This document shows, piece after piece, positions 10,397 to 19,695 of a DNA stretch of 64,000 nucleotides. The position numbers and the translations under genes were made by a program. The stretch spans positions 29,197-93,196 of the forward strand of contig CALKYE010000254.1 in NCBI GenBank assembly GCA_938003765.1, given 5' to 3'. A model generated the notes under the pieces. It was not told the DNA's origin and did no database searches. It saw only the letters and a program-made list of their open reading frames with translations. Every line of letters starts with the position of its first letter. The stretch's first letter is position 1. The stretch is from an uncultured Planctomycetia bacterium. GTDB taxonomy: Bacteria; Planctomycetota; UBA1135; GCA-002686595.

Positions 10397-11566
10397 ATGC
10401 AAACACGCCCCTTTCCGTCGCTTCTCTTTGCTCTTGTGTTGTCCGCCGCCGGCGCCTGGAACCCCGCGCGCGGCCAGGACGAACCCGAACGCGACGGCAA
10501 ATGGCTGTACCAGCGGCACTGCTCGGGCTGCCACAACGACAACGGCGACGGCAAGGGGCCGACGATCACGGCGCTCGGGCTCGAGGCGCGCGACTTCAAG
10601 GCGGGCGGCTTCGCTTTCGGCGACTCGCGCGAGCAGATCTTCAAGACGCTCTCGACTGGAATCCCCGGGCGTTCGCCGATGCCGTCGTTCGCCGGCGTGA
10701 TGGACGAGGACGAGCGCTGGCTCGTCGTCGACTACGTGCGCACGCTGATGCCGCCGCGCAAGGACGAGGCGCCGAGCCGCACGATCATGGTGGTCGCCGA
10801 CAAGCCGGTGATGGCGCGCGGCAAGCTGCCGCCGATCGCCGAGGGCGCGAAGCAGACGACGCGCGGGCTCCTGCTCGGCGATCCCTCGGGCATGACCTTC
10901 GAGTACGACCTCGACGGCGCGCGACTGCTCGGCGTGCGCCTGGGGCAGTTCGCGGATCGCGAGGACTGGGGCGACCGCGGCGGCGCGTATTTGAAGCCGC
11001 TCGGCAAGCTCGTTTACCGGCGCGTGGACGACACGCTCGAGTGGCCCGTGACGCTCGCGACGCCCGATCCGAAGGCTGCGCCGTTCCGGCGCGTCGTGCG
11101 CTCGAGCTGGACGCACTCGGATCGCGCCGGGCTCGACTACGACGTCGTCGACGCCCGCGGGCTCGTTCGCGCTCGCGTGCGCGAGAGCGTGAGCGTGCAG
11201 CGACTGTCGATCGGCGCAGGGTTCACGCGCCGCTGGGAGGCGACGCCGGCGCAAGGCGTGCAGTCGTGCTCGTTCTCGGTGGCCGATGCGCACGGCCAGC
11301 CGTGGAAGGCCAATCCGCGCGCGCCAGCGGCGGGGCAGCCAGCGCGCAAACCGTCGTGGTGGACCTGTGAGCTCGGAGACGAAGGCGTCGAGCTCGTGCT
11401 GCCGCGCTCGAGCCAAGCGCTGGGCGTGACGCCGAGCGAGCAGGCGCTCGTGTTCAGCGTGTTCAGTCGGTCGGGCGAAGCGCTCGTCCTCGAAGCCACG
11501 CTCGTCCGCGCGGCGCAGTTCACCCCCGAGCTGGGCGAGCAACTCGCCACGGAGATCGGCCAATGA
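10397..11566 (+). CDS. Secreted mono-haem c-type cytochrome with a C-terminal domain related to the C-terminus of 2680..5388
   Basis: ATG 10397 gives the signal peptide MQTRPFPSLLFALVLSAAGAW. Contains CSGCH plus a distal SPMPSF (Met ligand region). The track ORF 8978..11566 is an over-extension. Confidence 0.75.
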   Translation: MQTRPFPSLLFALVLSAAGAWNPARGQDEPERDGKWLYQRHCSGCHNDNGDGKGPTITALGLEARDFKAGGFAFGDSREQIFKTLSTGIPGRSPMPSFAGVMDEDERWLVVDYVRTLMPPRKDEAPSRTIMVVADKPVMARGKLPPIAEGAKQTTRGLLLGDPSGMTFEYDLDGARLLGVRLGQFADREDWGDRGGAYLKPLGKLVYRRVDDTLEWPVTLATPDPKAAPFRRVVRSSWTHSDRAGLDYDVVDARGLVRARVRESVSVQRLSIGAGFTRRWEATPAQGVQSCSFSVADAHGQPWKANPRAPAAGQPARKPSWWTCELGDEGVELVLPRSSQALGVTPSEQALVFSVFSRSGEALVLEATLVRAAQFTPELGEQLATEIGQ

Positions 11567-14235
11567 GCGCAGCGCTCCTTCTCGTGCAAGCCGCGGCGAT
11601 CGCCGCACTCGAAGCCGATCACTACGTCGTCGATTACCTGCCGACGCCCGAGGGCGCGCGCATCGAAGTCGGCGGCATGGACTTCCTGCCCGACGGCCGG
11701 CTCGTCGTGTCGACGCGCCGCGGTCAGGTGTGGATGGTCGAGAACCCGCTCGCGGCCGATCCCAAGGACGCGAAGTTCACGCTCTTCGCCGAAGGCCTGC
11801 ACGAAGGCCTCGGGCTCGAGGTCGTGAACGGCGAGATCTACGTGCTGCAGCGCGGCGAGCTCTCGAAGCTGTTCGACGACGACGGCGACGGCGCGTGCGA
11901 CCGCATCGACACCTTCGCGCAGGGTTGGGGCTACTCGGGCCACTACCACGAGTTCGCCTTCGGGCTGCCGCGCGACAACGCGGGCAACTTCTACGCGAGC
12001 TTCAACGTCTCGTTCGGCGATCCGCACTGGTGGCACGGGCGTTCGACCGTGCCCGACCGCGGTTGGATCCTGCGCATCAAGCCCGACGGCTCGCTCGAGC
12101 GCGTGGCGAGCGGCGCGCGCAGTCCGTGCGGCCTCGGCCGCAACAGCGCGGGCGACATCTTCTACACGGACAACCAGGGCGACTGGATGCCGGCCTGTCC
12201 GATCTTCCACGTCACCGACGGCGCGTTCTTCGGCCATCCGGCGGCGTTGAACTGGACCAAGGAGTACCTCGACGCGGGCCGCACGGCGAGCGACACCGAG
12301 ACGCCGGACCATCCGCGCGTGAACGCCGCGATCTGGCTGCCGTACGACTGGTCGCGCTCGACGGGCAACCTCGTCCCCAACGAAACCGGCGGCAAGTTCG
12401 GGCCGTTCGAGAAGCAGCTCTTCGTGGCCGAGATGACCAACGGCTACGTGCTGCGCGCGGACCTCGAGAAGGTGCGCGGCCAGTACCAGGGCTGGGTGAT
12501 CCCGTTCCGCCACAAGGTGGGCTCGAACGTGCGCCTGCGCTTCGCTCCGGACGGCACGTTGATGTGCGGCTTCACCGATCGCGGTTGGGGCGGACAGCCT
12601 CCGGGCGACGGCATCGGCCGCATCCGCGTGAAGCCGGGCGCGACGCCCTTCGAAGTGCAGTCGGTCAAGCTCGTTCCCGGCGGCTTCGAGGTCTCGTTCA
12701 CGCAGCCGCTGAGCCTCGCGGCGCCGACGGCGGTGATCGCGGCGAAGGTGACGCAGTACGACTACAACTACTGGTGGGAGTACGGCTCGCCTCCGACCAA
12801 CACGGTCGAGCGCGCGCTGGTCGGCGCCGCGCTCTCGGCGGATCGCAAGAGCGTCACGCTGAACGTCGCGGGACTGGCGGCGGGCATGGTCGCGCGCGTG
12901 GACCTCGGACCCCTCGAGTCGGAGTCCGGCGCGCCGCTGCTCCACCGCGAGTTCGCCTACACGGTCAATCAGCTCGTCGACGGACCCGAGAGCAAGGAAC
13001 TCGTCGCCAAGGCCGTCCCGCAGCCGCAAGCGCGCGAGCGCGGCGACGAGGGGATGCTCTACCTGATGCGCGGTGAGACGCTCGCCGCGTGGAACGCGCC
13101 GGGTTGGAGCGCGGGCGAGGTGAAGCTCGATCCGGCCGACAAGCGCAAGCTCGTGCTCGCGCCCGATCAGAAGCCCAACGATTGGAGCGGCGCCGCGGTC
13201 TCGAACGTCGGCGCTGAGAAGCCCGGCGAGTTGGTGAGCAAGTTCGAGCTCGGCGACATCGACTTCTCCTTCGAGTTCCTGCTGCCCGAGGACGGCAACT
13301 CCGGGCTGTACCTGATGGGCCGCTACGAAGTGCAGTTGCGCGACAACGGCGGCCGCACCGAGCTCGGTTACGGCGATTTGGGCGGCGTGTACGCGGCGGG
13401 CGACAGCTCCGCGTGGCCCGGTCGCGCGCCGAATTTCGACGTCTGGCGCGGCGCCGGGCGCTGGCACTCGATGACCGGCAGCTTCAAGGCGCCGCGCTTC
13501 GACGGCAGCGGGAACAAGCTCGAGAACGCTCGCCTGCGGCGTGTGATGGTCAACGACACGCTGCTCCACGAGGAGCTCGAGCTGCCCTGCCCGACGGCCG
13601 GCGGCTGGGAAGGTGAAGTGCGCTTCGGACCGCTGCGCATCCAGGGCGACCACGGGCACGTGGCGATTCGCGGACTGCGCGTGCGCAGCCGCGAGGCGAA
13701 GCCCGAGCTCGAAGGCTGGACGCGCATCTTCGACGGCGAGTCGCTCGACGGTTGGAAGATCTCCGACGGCGGCGCGTGGAAGGTCGAGGAGGGCGCGCTC
13801 GTCGGCAGCGGCGCGGCGAGCCACATTTTCAGCCCGCGCGGGGACTACCGCGACTTCGAGGTGCGCGCCCAGGTGCGCATCAACCGCGGCGGCAACTCCG
13901 GGATGTACTTCCGCACCGCCTTCGGGTCGAGCTGGCCCTCGGGCTACGAAGCGCAGATCAACAACTCGCACAGCGATCCGGTCAAGACCGGGAGCCTCTA
14001 CCACCGCGAGCTGATCAAGACGCAACTCGTGCCCGACGACCTGTGGTTCGACTACCGCGTGCTGTGTCGCGACGAGGCCGACGGCGTGCGCATCCAGATC
14101 CGCGTCAACGACGTGCTCGTGACCGACTACCTCGACCGCGAGCGCAAGCACGCCTCGGGGCACATCGCCATCCAGCAGCACCACGACGGCTCGGTGATTC
14201 GCGTGCGCGACGTGTACGTGCGCGAGCTGCGCTGA
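11563..14235 (+). CDS. Dehydrogenase-like beta-propeller fused to two DUF1080 (3-keto-disaccharide hydrolase-like) domains
   Basis: ATGA overlap with the upstream cytochrome gene. The N-terminal 420 aa are paralogous to 5385..6839. Two C-terminal modules carry DUF1080 hallmarks (FDGESLDGWK...NSGMYFR...GYEAQI...GHIAIQQH...VRDVYVREL). Confidence 0.8.
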   Translation: MSAALLLVQAAAIAALEADHYVVDYLPTPEGARIEVGGMDFLPDGRLVVSTRRGQVWMVENPLAADPKDAKFTLFAEGLHEGLGLEVVNGEIYVLQRGELSKLFDDDGDGACDRIDTFAQGWGYSGHYHEFAFGLPRDNAGNFYASFNVSFGDPHWWHGRSTVPDRGWILRIKPDGSLERVASGARSPCGLGRNSAGDIFYTDNQGDWMPACPIFHVTDGAFFGHPAALNWTKEYLDAGRTASDTETPDHPRVNAAIWLPYDWSRSTGNLVPNETGGKFGPFEKQLFVAEMTNGYVLRADLEKVRGQYQGWVIPFRHKVGSNVRLRFAPDGTLMCGFTDRGWGGQPPGDGIGRIRVKPGATPFEVQSVKLVPGGFEVSFTQPLSLAAPTAVIAAKVTQYDYNYWWEYGSPPTNTVERALVGAALSADRKSVTLNVAGLAAGMVARVDLGPLESESGAPLLHREFAYTVNQLVDGPESKELVAKAVPQPQARERGDEGMLYLMRGETLAAWNAPGWSAGEVKLDPADKRKLVLAPDQKPNDWSGAAVSNVGAEKPGELVSKFELGDIDFSFEFLLPEDGNSGLYLMGRYEVQLRDNGGRTELGYGDLGGVYAAGDSSAWPGRAPNFDVWRGAGRWHSMTGSFKAPRFDGSGNKLENARLRRVMVNDTLLHEELELPCPTAGGWEGEVRFGPLRIQGDHGHVAIRGLRVRSREAKPELEGWTRIFDGESLDGWKISDGGAWKVEEGALVGSGAASHIFSPRGDYRDFEVRAQVRINRGGNSGMYFRTAFGSSWPSGYEAQINNSHSDPVKTGSLYHRELIKTQLVPDDLWFDYRVLCRDEADGVRIQIRVNDVLVTDYLDRERKHASGHIAIQQHHDGSVIRVRDVYVRELR

Positions 14236-14333
14236 GCGCGCGGGTTGAACCGACTCTGAACGCACGAGGCGCCTCGGCGCAGCCAATCTCTCGTCCGCGT
14301 CGCTCTCCTCACGCCTGCGACGCGGACGATCCC

Positions 14334-15527
14334 GTGCAACACAGAGCTGCTCCGACCCTTCGCCCGTTCCTGCCATCGTCGTTGCTCCCGCTGCTCGCGG
14401 CGCTGCCCGCGCTCGCGATGCCGCAGGATGACCCTCCGTCCAGTGTGCTGGCCCGCGGCGAGCAGCCGACGGAAACCGGCGCTGCGCCGCAGGAGTCTTC
14501 GAGCCGCGCGTGGAGCAAGCTCGCCACCGAGCGCTACGCCGGCAAGCAGGACGACATCTTCTTCCTCGACGCCGACACGGGCTGGTACGTCAACGGCGCG
14601 GGGAAGATCTTCAAGAGCACGGACGGCGGCGCGAGCTGGGTCGAGAAGCTGCACCAGCCCGGGACGTACTTCCGCTGCATCACGTTTCTCGACGCGCAGC
14701 ACGGCTTTGCGGGCAACATCGGGCCGGGCTATTTCCCCGGAGTGAGCGACCCCAAGCCGCTGTACCGCACCGCTGACGGCGGCGAGAGCTGGAGCGCGGT
14801 CGACAGCATCGAAGGCGCGCCCGTGGTCGGTCTGTGCGCGCTCGAGGTCGTGCGCGAGCCGTTCATCAACGCGGGCGTGCTCGATTCGCGCGCGCGCCTC
14901 GTGGCGGTCGGACGCGTCGGCGGACCCGCGGTGTTCCTGTGGTCCGACGACCTCGGCGCGACGTGGAAGCAGCGCGACCTCGGCGACAGCGCAGCGATGG
15001 CCTTCGACGTTCACTTCCACGACTTCAAGCGCGGCTTCATCGCGGCCGGGACCGACTCGAACGTCTCGCTGTCGAGCGCGCTGATCCTCGCCACCGAAGA
15101 CGGCGGCCAGACCTGGAAGCCGACGTATCGGTCGACCCGGCCGTTCGAGCTGACGTGGAAGATCTCCTTCCCGACGCGCGAAACGGGCTACGTCACGGTG
15201 CAGTCCTACAACCCTGATCCGAGCGCTTCGCAGCGCTTCGTGGCCAAGACCACGGACGGCGGCAAGTCCTGGAGCGAGTTGCCGCTCGTCGACGACTTCA
15301 AGGTGCGCGCGTTCGGCGTCGGCTTCGTCGACGAACGACGCGGCTGGATCGGCGCGATGCCGGGCGGCTTCGAGACCACCGATGGGGGGGCGAGCTGGAC
15401 GCGCGTCGAGATGGGCGCCGCCGTCAACAAGATCCGCATCGTCCGCAGGCCCGACGGGAGCGCGCTCGGCTTCGCGATCGGCGTCGAGGTGCATCGCCTC
15501 GAGCTGCCCGCCGCGGGCGCGAAGTGA
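14334..15527 (+). CDS. Secreted BNR/Asp-box beta-propeller protein (Ycf48/sialidase-like fold)
   Basis: Six Asp-box motifs: STDGGASW, TADGGESW, SDDLGATW, TEDGGQTW, TTDGGKSW, TTDGGASW. GTG 14334 gives the signal peptide ...LLPLLAALPALA; ATG 14418 is the alternative start. Confidence 0.8.
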   Translation: MQHRAAPTLRPFLPSSLLPLLAALPALAMPQDDPPSSVLARGEQPTETGAAPQESSSRAWSKLATERYAGKQDDIFFLDADTGWYVNGAGKIFKSTDGGASWVEKLHQPGTYFRCITFLDAQHGFAGNIGPGYFPGVSDPKPLYRTADGGESWSAVDSIEGAPVVGLCALEVVREPFINAGVLDSRARLVAVGRVGGPAVFLWSDDLGATWKQRDLGDSAAMAFDVHFHDFKRGFIAAGTDSNVSLSSALILATEDGGQTWKPTYRSTRPFELTWKISFPTRETGYVTVQSYNPDPSASQRFVAKTTDGGKSWSELPLVDDFKVRAFGVGFVDERRGWIGAMPGGFETTDGGASWTRVEMGAAVNKIRIVRRPDGSALGFAIGVEVHRLELPAAGAK

Positions 15528-15543
15528 GCGCGAAGTGAGCGCG
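15517..15543 (+). repeat. 2.5 copies of an 11-bp tandem repeat (GCGCGAAGTGA) spanning the stop codon of 14334..15527
   Basis: Read directly. Confidence 0.8.
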
Positions 15544-15751
15544 TCGCGCGCGCGGCGGATCTCCGCGAGCGCCGGGTTCTGTCCTCTGCTCGACGCTTCG
15601 CTCACGGGGCCATCGCGCCGAGCGCGCTTTCACCGGCTCCGCTAGCTGCACGAACCGCTTGCAAGTGCGGCGGGCGAGCGCTGCGTCGCGAAACGTCGTC
15701 GCCGGGCGCGCGGGATAGACTCCGCGCCCACCCCAGCCGGAGCCCTGTTCG

Positions 15752-18700
15752 ATGCACTTGCTCAGCACTGTTCTCGCCGCTTCGTTCGCCTGCGCCGCAC
15801 TCGCGCCCTCCGCGGCGGCGCAGATCCAACTCCACGGCCTGCTCGGCGATCACATGGTGCTGCAGCGCGACGCTGACGTGGTGCTGTCGGGCAAGGCGAC
15901 GCGCAACGTGACCGTGCGCGTCGAGCCCTCGTGGTCGAGCGCGCCGCTCAACGCCTCCGCCGACGCGCGAGGGGACTGGTCCGTCGTCGTGCGCACGCCG
16001 GGCGCAGGCGGGCCGCACACGATCAAGTTCTCCGGCGACGGCGAACGCACGTTGAGCGACGTCTACAGCGGCGAGGTCTGGCTGTGCTCGGGGCAGTCCA
16101 ACATGGAGTGGACCGTCTCGCAGTTCCCGAACGAGGCCTTCGGCGAGCGCGGCGCGGCCGACGAGATCGCGCGCGCGAACTGGCCGCAGGTCCGACTGCT
16201 CGACACGCCCAATCGCCTGTCCACGTACCCGCGCCGCGACGCGGTGGGGGAGTGGACCGTCTGCTCGCCGCGCACGGTCGGATCGTGGAGCGCGACCGCG
16301 TACTACTTCGGCCGCATGCTGCACCGCGAGCTGGGCGTGCCGATCGGCCTGGTCACCGCCGACTGGGGCGGCACGCGCGTCGAAGCCTGGATGAGCACGC
16401 GCTCGCTCGCGCCGTTCGGTCAGTACGCCGGCACGCTCGACTACCTCGCCGTCGCCGGCGATCCGAACGCGCGCATGAAGTACGCGCGCGAGCACGGCGC
16501 GAACTGGTGGGACCGCGTCGATGCGGCCGCGCCGCGTTCGATCCCCGCCACTTGGTTCACGACGGGCTTCGACGCTTCCGCGTGGGCCAGCATGGACCTG
16601 CCGGCCGATCTGAGCGGCGACGAGCTCTCGTCCTTCGACGGCTTCGTGTACTTCCGCACCGTGGTCGACGTTCCTGCGGAGTTCGCCGGCAAGGGCGCGA
16701 CGCTCGAGCTGGGGCCGATCGACGATCGCGACGACGCGTGGTTCGACGGCCAACACGTCGGCGGCACGCGCGAGGACGGGCGCTGGAGCGTGGCGCGCAA
16801 GTACAAGCTGCCCGCCGAGCTCGTGAAGGCCGGTCCGCGCGCGATCGCGGTGCGCGTGCTCGACACGGGCGGCAAGGGCGGCATCAACGGGACTGTGCAG
16901 CAACTGGTGCTGCGCTCGGACGACGCGGGGCTCGCTCCGCTGCCGCTCGCGGGCGCGTGGCGCTACCGCGTCGGAGCGCGCATGAGCGAGCTGCCCTCGA
17001 TGGGGCAGTCGAGCATCGAGGTGAACTCGAACACGCCGAGCGTGCTGTTCAACGGCATGCTGGCGCCGCTGCAGCCGCTGAAGTTCCGCGGCGCCATCTG
17101 GTACCAGGGCGAATCGAACGTCGGCGAGGCGCGCCAGTACGAGCGGCTGTTCCCCGCGCTGATCGACGACTGGCGGCGCTACTTCGACTGCGGCGCGTTC
17201 CCGTTCTACTACGTGCAGATCGCGCCGTTCGAGTACCGCGGGTTCGCTCCGCACGCGGCCGCCGAGCTGCGCGACGCCCAGCGCAAGGCGTTGTCCACGC
17301 CGGGCACGGGCATGGCGATCGCGATGGACGTCGGCATGGTGCGCGACATCCATCCGGGCGGGAAGCAGCAGATCGGTCGGCGACTGGCGCTGTGGGCGCT
17401 CGAGAAGACCTACGGACGCGACGTGCTCTCGCACACCGGCCCGCTGTTCCGCAGCGCGACGCCGCAGGGCGACAAGCTGCGCGTCGAGTTCGACGGCGCG
17501 GAGGGCGGTCTCGTCATCGAAGGCGGCCCGCTGCGCGACATCTGGATTGCGGGCGAGGACCGGCGCTTCTTCGAGGCCGATGCGCAGCTCGACGGCCAGG
17601 CGCTGCTGCTGTCGAGCCCGCAAGTCGCCGCGCCGGTCGCGGTGCGCTACGGCTGGCGCAACGCGTCGCTGCCCAACCTCTACAACGCCTCGCACCTGCC
17701 CGCGTCCTCGTTCCGCTCGGACGACTGGGAGCTGGGTGACGTGATCGCCGTCGAGGACCGCGGGGCGACGAGCCACCTCAACGGCGCGCGCGAGTTCCGC
17801 CCGCTCTACAACGGTCGCGACCTGTCGGGCTGGGTGAACGTGAACTGCGCGCCGGGGACTTGGATCGCCAAGCCCGACCGCATCTGGTGCTCGGGTTCGC
17901 CCACGGGCGTGCTGCGCACCGAGAAGCAGTACGAGAACTTCGAGCTCGAGCTCGAGTGGCGCCATCTCGCGCGCCAGGGCAACGCCGGTCTGTTCGTGTG
18001 GAGCGATCCGCTCACGGCGCGCGGCCAGCCCTTCACGCGCTCGATCGAGGTGCAGGTGATGAGCGGCATGGAAGGCCAGGGCTTCACCAGCGACGGCGAC
18101 GTGTTCCCGATCCACGGCGCGGTGATGAAGCCCAGCAACGGCCGAGGCGGCGGCGCGCGCGCGTTCCCGACCGAGCTGCGCGCGCGGCCGTCGGGCGAGT
18201 GGAACCACTACCGCCTGCGCTGCGTGAACGGCGAACTCGAGCTCGCGGTCAACGGCAAGGTGGTCACGCGCGGTTCGGAGTGCTCGCCGCGCAAGGGCTA
18301 CATCTGCCTCGAGTCGGAGGGCTCGCCGGTCGAGTTCCGCAACCTGCGCATCAAGGAACTGCCGCCCGCATCGCCGGCGCTCGAAGCGCGCCACGTCGCG
18401 CTGGTCGACGACGGTTTCCGCTCGCTCTACAACGGCGTCGATTTCAGCGGCTGGAAGTTCGGGCCCGAGCACAGGGGCCACTGGCGCGCGAATGACTGGA
18501 CGATCGACTTCGACGGCGAGGGGACCGACCTGTGGAGCCAGGAGGAGTTCGGCGACTTCGTGTTGATCGCCGACTGGCGCTGGAGCGGACCGGCGCACGA
18601 CGCCGACCTGCCGGTGATCCTGCCCGACGGCTCGCAGCCGCTCGGCGCCGACGGCAAGCCGCAGACCGCGCGCGTGAAGGAGTGCGGAGACAGCGGCATC

Positions 18701-19027
18701 TACCTGCGCGGCAGCTCGAAGAGCCAGGTCAACATCTGGTGCTGGCCGGTGGGCTCGGGCGAGGTGTACGGCTACCGCACGGACGCGTCGATGCCGGCCG
18801 AGGTGCGCGCCGCGGTCACTCCCAAGGTCGTGGCCGACGCGCCGTTGGGCGAGTGGAACCGCTTCGTGATCACGATGAAGGGCGATCGGCTGAGCGTGGT
18901 GCTCAACGATCAGCTCGTGCTCGATCAGGCGCAGTTGCCCGGCGTCGCGCCGCGCGGCCCGATCGCGCTCCAGAAGCACGGCTCGCCGATCCAGTTCGCG
19001 AACCTGTACGTCAAGCGACTCGACTGA
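15752..19027 (+). CDS. Sialate O-acetylesterase-like (SASA/SGNH) domain fused to two DUF1080 domains
   Basis: Signal peptide. GEVWLCSGQSNMEW is the SASA catalytic-Ser motif. The C-terminal ~430 aa contain two DUF1080-like modules (YNGRDLSGWV...IEVQV...ICLESEGSPVEFRNLRIKEL; YNGVDFSGWK...IALQKHGSPIQFANLYVKRL). Confidence 0.8.
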   Translation: MHLLSTVLAASFACAALAPSAAAQIQLHGLLGDHMVLQRDADVVLSGKATRNVTVRVEPSWSSAPLNASADARGDWSVVVRTPGAGGPHTIKFSGDGERTLSDVYSGEVWLCSGQSNMEWTVSQFPNEAFGERGAADEIARANWPQVRLLDTPNRLSTYPRRDAVGEWTVCSPRTVGSWSATAYYFGRMLHRELGVPIGLVTADWGGTRVEAWMSTRSLAPFGQYAGTLDYLAVAGDPNARMKYAREHGANWWDRVDAAAPRSIPATWFTTGFDASAWASMDLPADLSGDELSSFDGFVYFRTVVDVPAEFAGKGATLELGPIDDRDDAWFDGQHVGGTREDGRWSVARKYKLPAELVKAGPRAIAVRVLDTGGKGGINGTVQQLVLRSDDAGLAPLPLAGAWRYRVGARMSELPSMGQSSIEVNSNTPSVLFNGMLAPLQPLKFRGAIWYQGESNVGEARQYERLFPALIDDWRRYFDCGAFPFYYVQIAPFEYRGFAPHAAAELRDAQRKALSTPGTGMAIAMDVGMVRDIHPGGKQQIGRRLALWALEKTYGRDVLSHTGPLFRSATPQGDKLRVEFDGAEGGLVIEGGPLRDIWIAGEDRRFFEADAQLDGQALLLSSPQVAAPVAVRYGWRNASLPNLYNASHLPASSFRSDDWELGDVIAVEDRGATSHLNGAREFRPLYNGRDLSGWVNVNCAPGTWIAKPDRIWCSGSPTGVLRTEKQYENFELELEWRHLARQGNAGLFVWSDPLTARGQPFTRSIEVQVMSGMEGQGFTSDGDVFPIHGAVMKPSNGRGGGARAFPTELRARPSGEWNHYRLRCVNGELELAVNGKVVTRGSECSPRKGYICLESEGSPVEFRNLRIKELPPASPALEARHVALVDDGFRSLYNGVDFSGWKFGPEHRGHWRANDWTIDFDGEGTDLWSQEEFGDFVLIADWRWSGPAHDADLPVILPDGSQPLGADGKPQTARVKECGDSGIYLRGSSKSQVNIWCWPVGSGEVYGYRTDASMPAEVRAAVTPKVVADAPLGEWNRFVITMKGDRLSVVLNDQLVLDQAQLPGVAPRGPIALQKHGSPIQFANLYVKRLD

Positions 19028-19066
19028 CGCGCGCGCGGCCGGCCGAACGCGGTCCGGTCGCGTGTT

Positions 19067-19618
19067 TCAATGCTGCTCGAGCTGCGCGCGCAGTCGCACG
19101 AGCACGCGGTAGTAGCGCGCCTTGATCGCGCCGGGCGTCGTGCGCTCCTCGGCGGCGATGCTCTCGAACGATTGTCCGTCCCGCGCGTGCAGCATCACGA
19201 GGCGCAGGTCCGGGTTCGGACCTTCCCGTGCGAGGGATTCGAGCGCTCCTCGCAGCGCGGCGCGCTCGGATTGGCACTCATCGATCGATCCTGAGACGTC
19301 GCGCGAGTCCACCCAGTCGGTGCGCGCAGCGCGGTGGAGCTGGCGGAGCATGTCGATCAGCGCGAAGTCGCACATGCGACCGACCCAGGTGCGCAGGCTG
19401 GAGTGTCCGCGAAAGTGGGACAGGCTCTGGAACACTCGCAGGAACACGTCCTGCTCGATGTCGTCGAGGTCGGAGTTCGAAAGCGGGAAGCCCAGCGCGC
19501 GATTGCGGATGTGAAGCCGCGCGCGAATGAACGCGAGACGAGCGACCAACTCGCGCTTCGCCGCCGCGTCGCCGGCGCACGCTTGCTGCACCAACGGCAG
19601 ATCTTCGATGGACTCCAT
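19067..19618 (-). CDS. ECF-type sigma-70 family sigma factor
   Basis: Region 2-like DIEQDVFLRVFQSLSHFRGHSSLRTWVGRM. Region 4-like SFESIAAEERTTPGAIKARYYRVLVRLR. Confidence 0.75.
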   Translation of the reverse strand: MESIEDLPLVQQACAGDAAAKRELVARLAFIRARLHIRNRALGFPLSNSDLDDIEQDVFLRVFQSLSHFRGHSSLRTWVGRMCDFALIDMLRQLHRAARTDWVDSRDVSGSIDECQSERAALRGALESLAREGPNPDLRLVMLHARDGQSFESIAAEERTTPGAIKARYYRVLVRLRAQLEQH

Positions 19619-19683
19619 GGACGCGCTGCCGCTGCGGCCGCGAACAGCTCTCGCTGTGCGCCCGGCTCGGGTTGCGCTCGTCG

Positions 19684-19695
19684 CATGAATTCATG
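19684..19695. promoter_or_regulatory. Perfect 12-bp palindrome CATGAATTCATG in the divergent region between the ECF sigma gene and the DUF1800/DUF1501 pair
   Basis: Read directly. It is the AT-richest spot of a 235-bp divergent intergenic region. The function is unproven. Confidence 0.35.

Noticed and set aside
8978-11566. ORF-track 5' extensions taken at face value. Examples: 8978..11566, 5100..6839, 13752..15527, 23726..25762, 30715..32091, 43454..45631, 55439..57667, 41261..42589, 42157..43038, 62229..63269, 30381..31244, 60541..61281, 32244..33959.
   Set aside because: The extended N-termini overlap upstream genes and are Arg-rich nonsense. Internal starts give signal peptides or lipoboxes, SD sites or 1-4-nt stop/start overlaps, and sensible domain boundaries.
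11137-14376. Very long antisense or out-of-frame ORFs with Arg/Ala/Gly-rich translations. Examples: 11137..14376(-), 15602..18979(-), 45695..48610(-), 42858..44882(-), 23732..25846(-), 6809..8869(-), 50884..53307(-), 34103..36202(+), 35979..38312(+), 55793..57643(-), 19923..21824(-), 190..1353(-), 1405..2550(-).
   Set aside because: Each lies opposite or out of frame to an ORF with clear family motifs. The translations are low-complexity (R/A/G/P). Long stop-free antisense frames are expected at ~70% GC.
14334-19027. Interpreting BNR propeller plus SASA esterase as a bona fide sialic-acid catabolic locus.
   Set aside because: No nanA/nanK/nanE/nanT-like genes are present. Asp-box propellers are often non-sialidase (Ycf48-like), and the SASA family acts on various acetylated sugars. 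Only the architectural oddity is reported.
19028-19066. Possible terminator hairpin between the convergent genes ending at 19027 and 19067.
   Set aside because: Only 4-5-bp complementary segments could be found, which is too weak to call.
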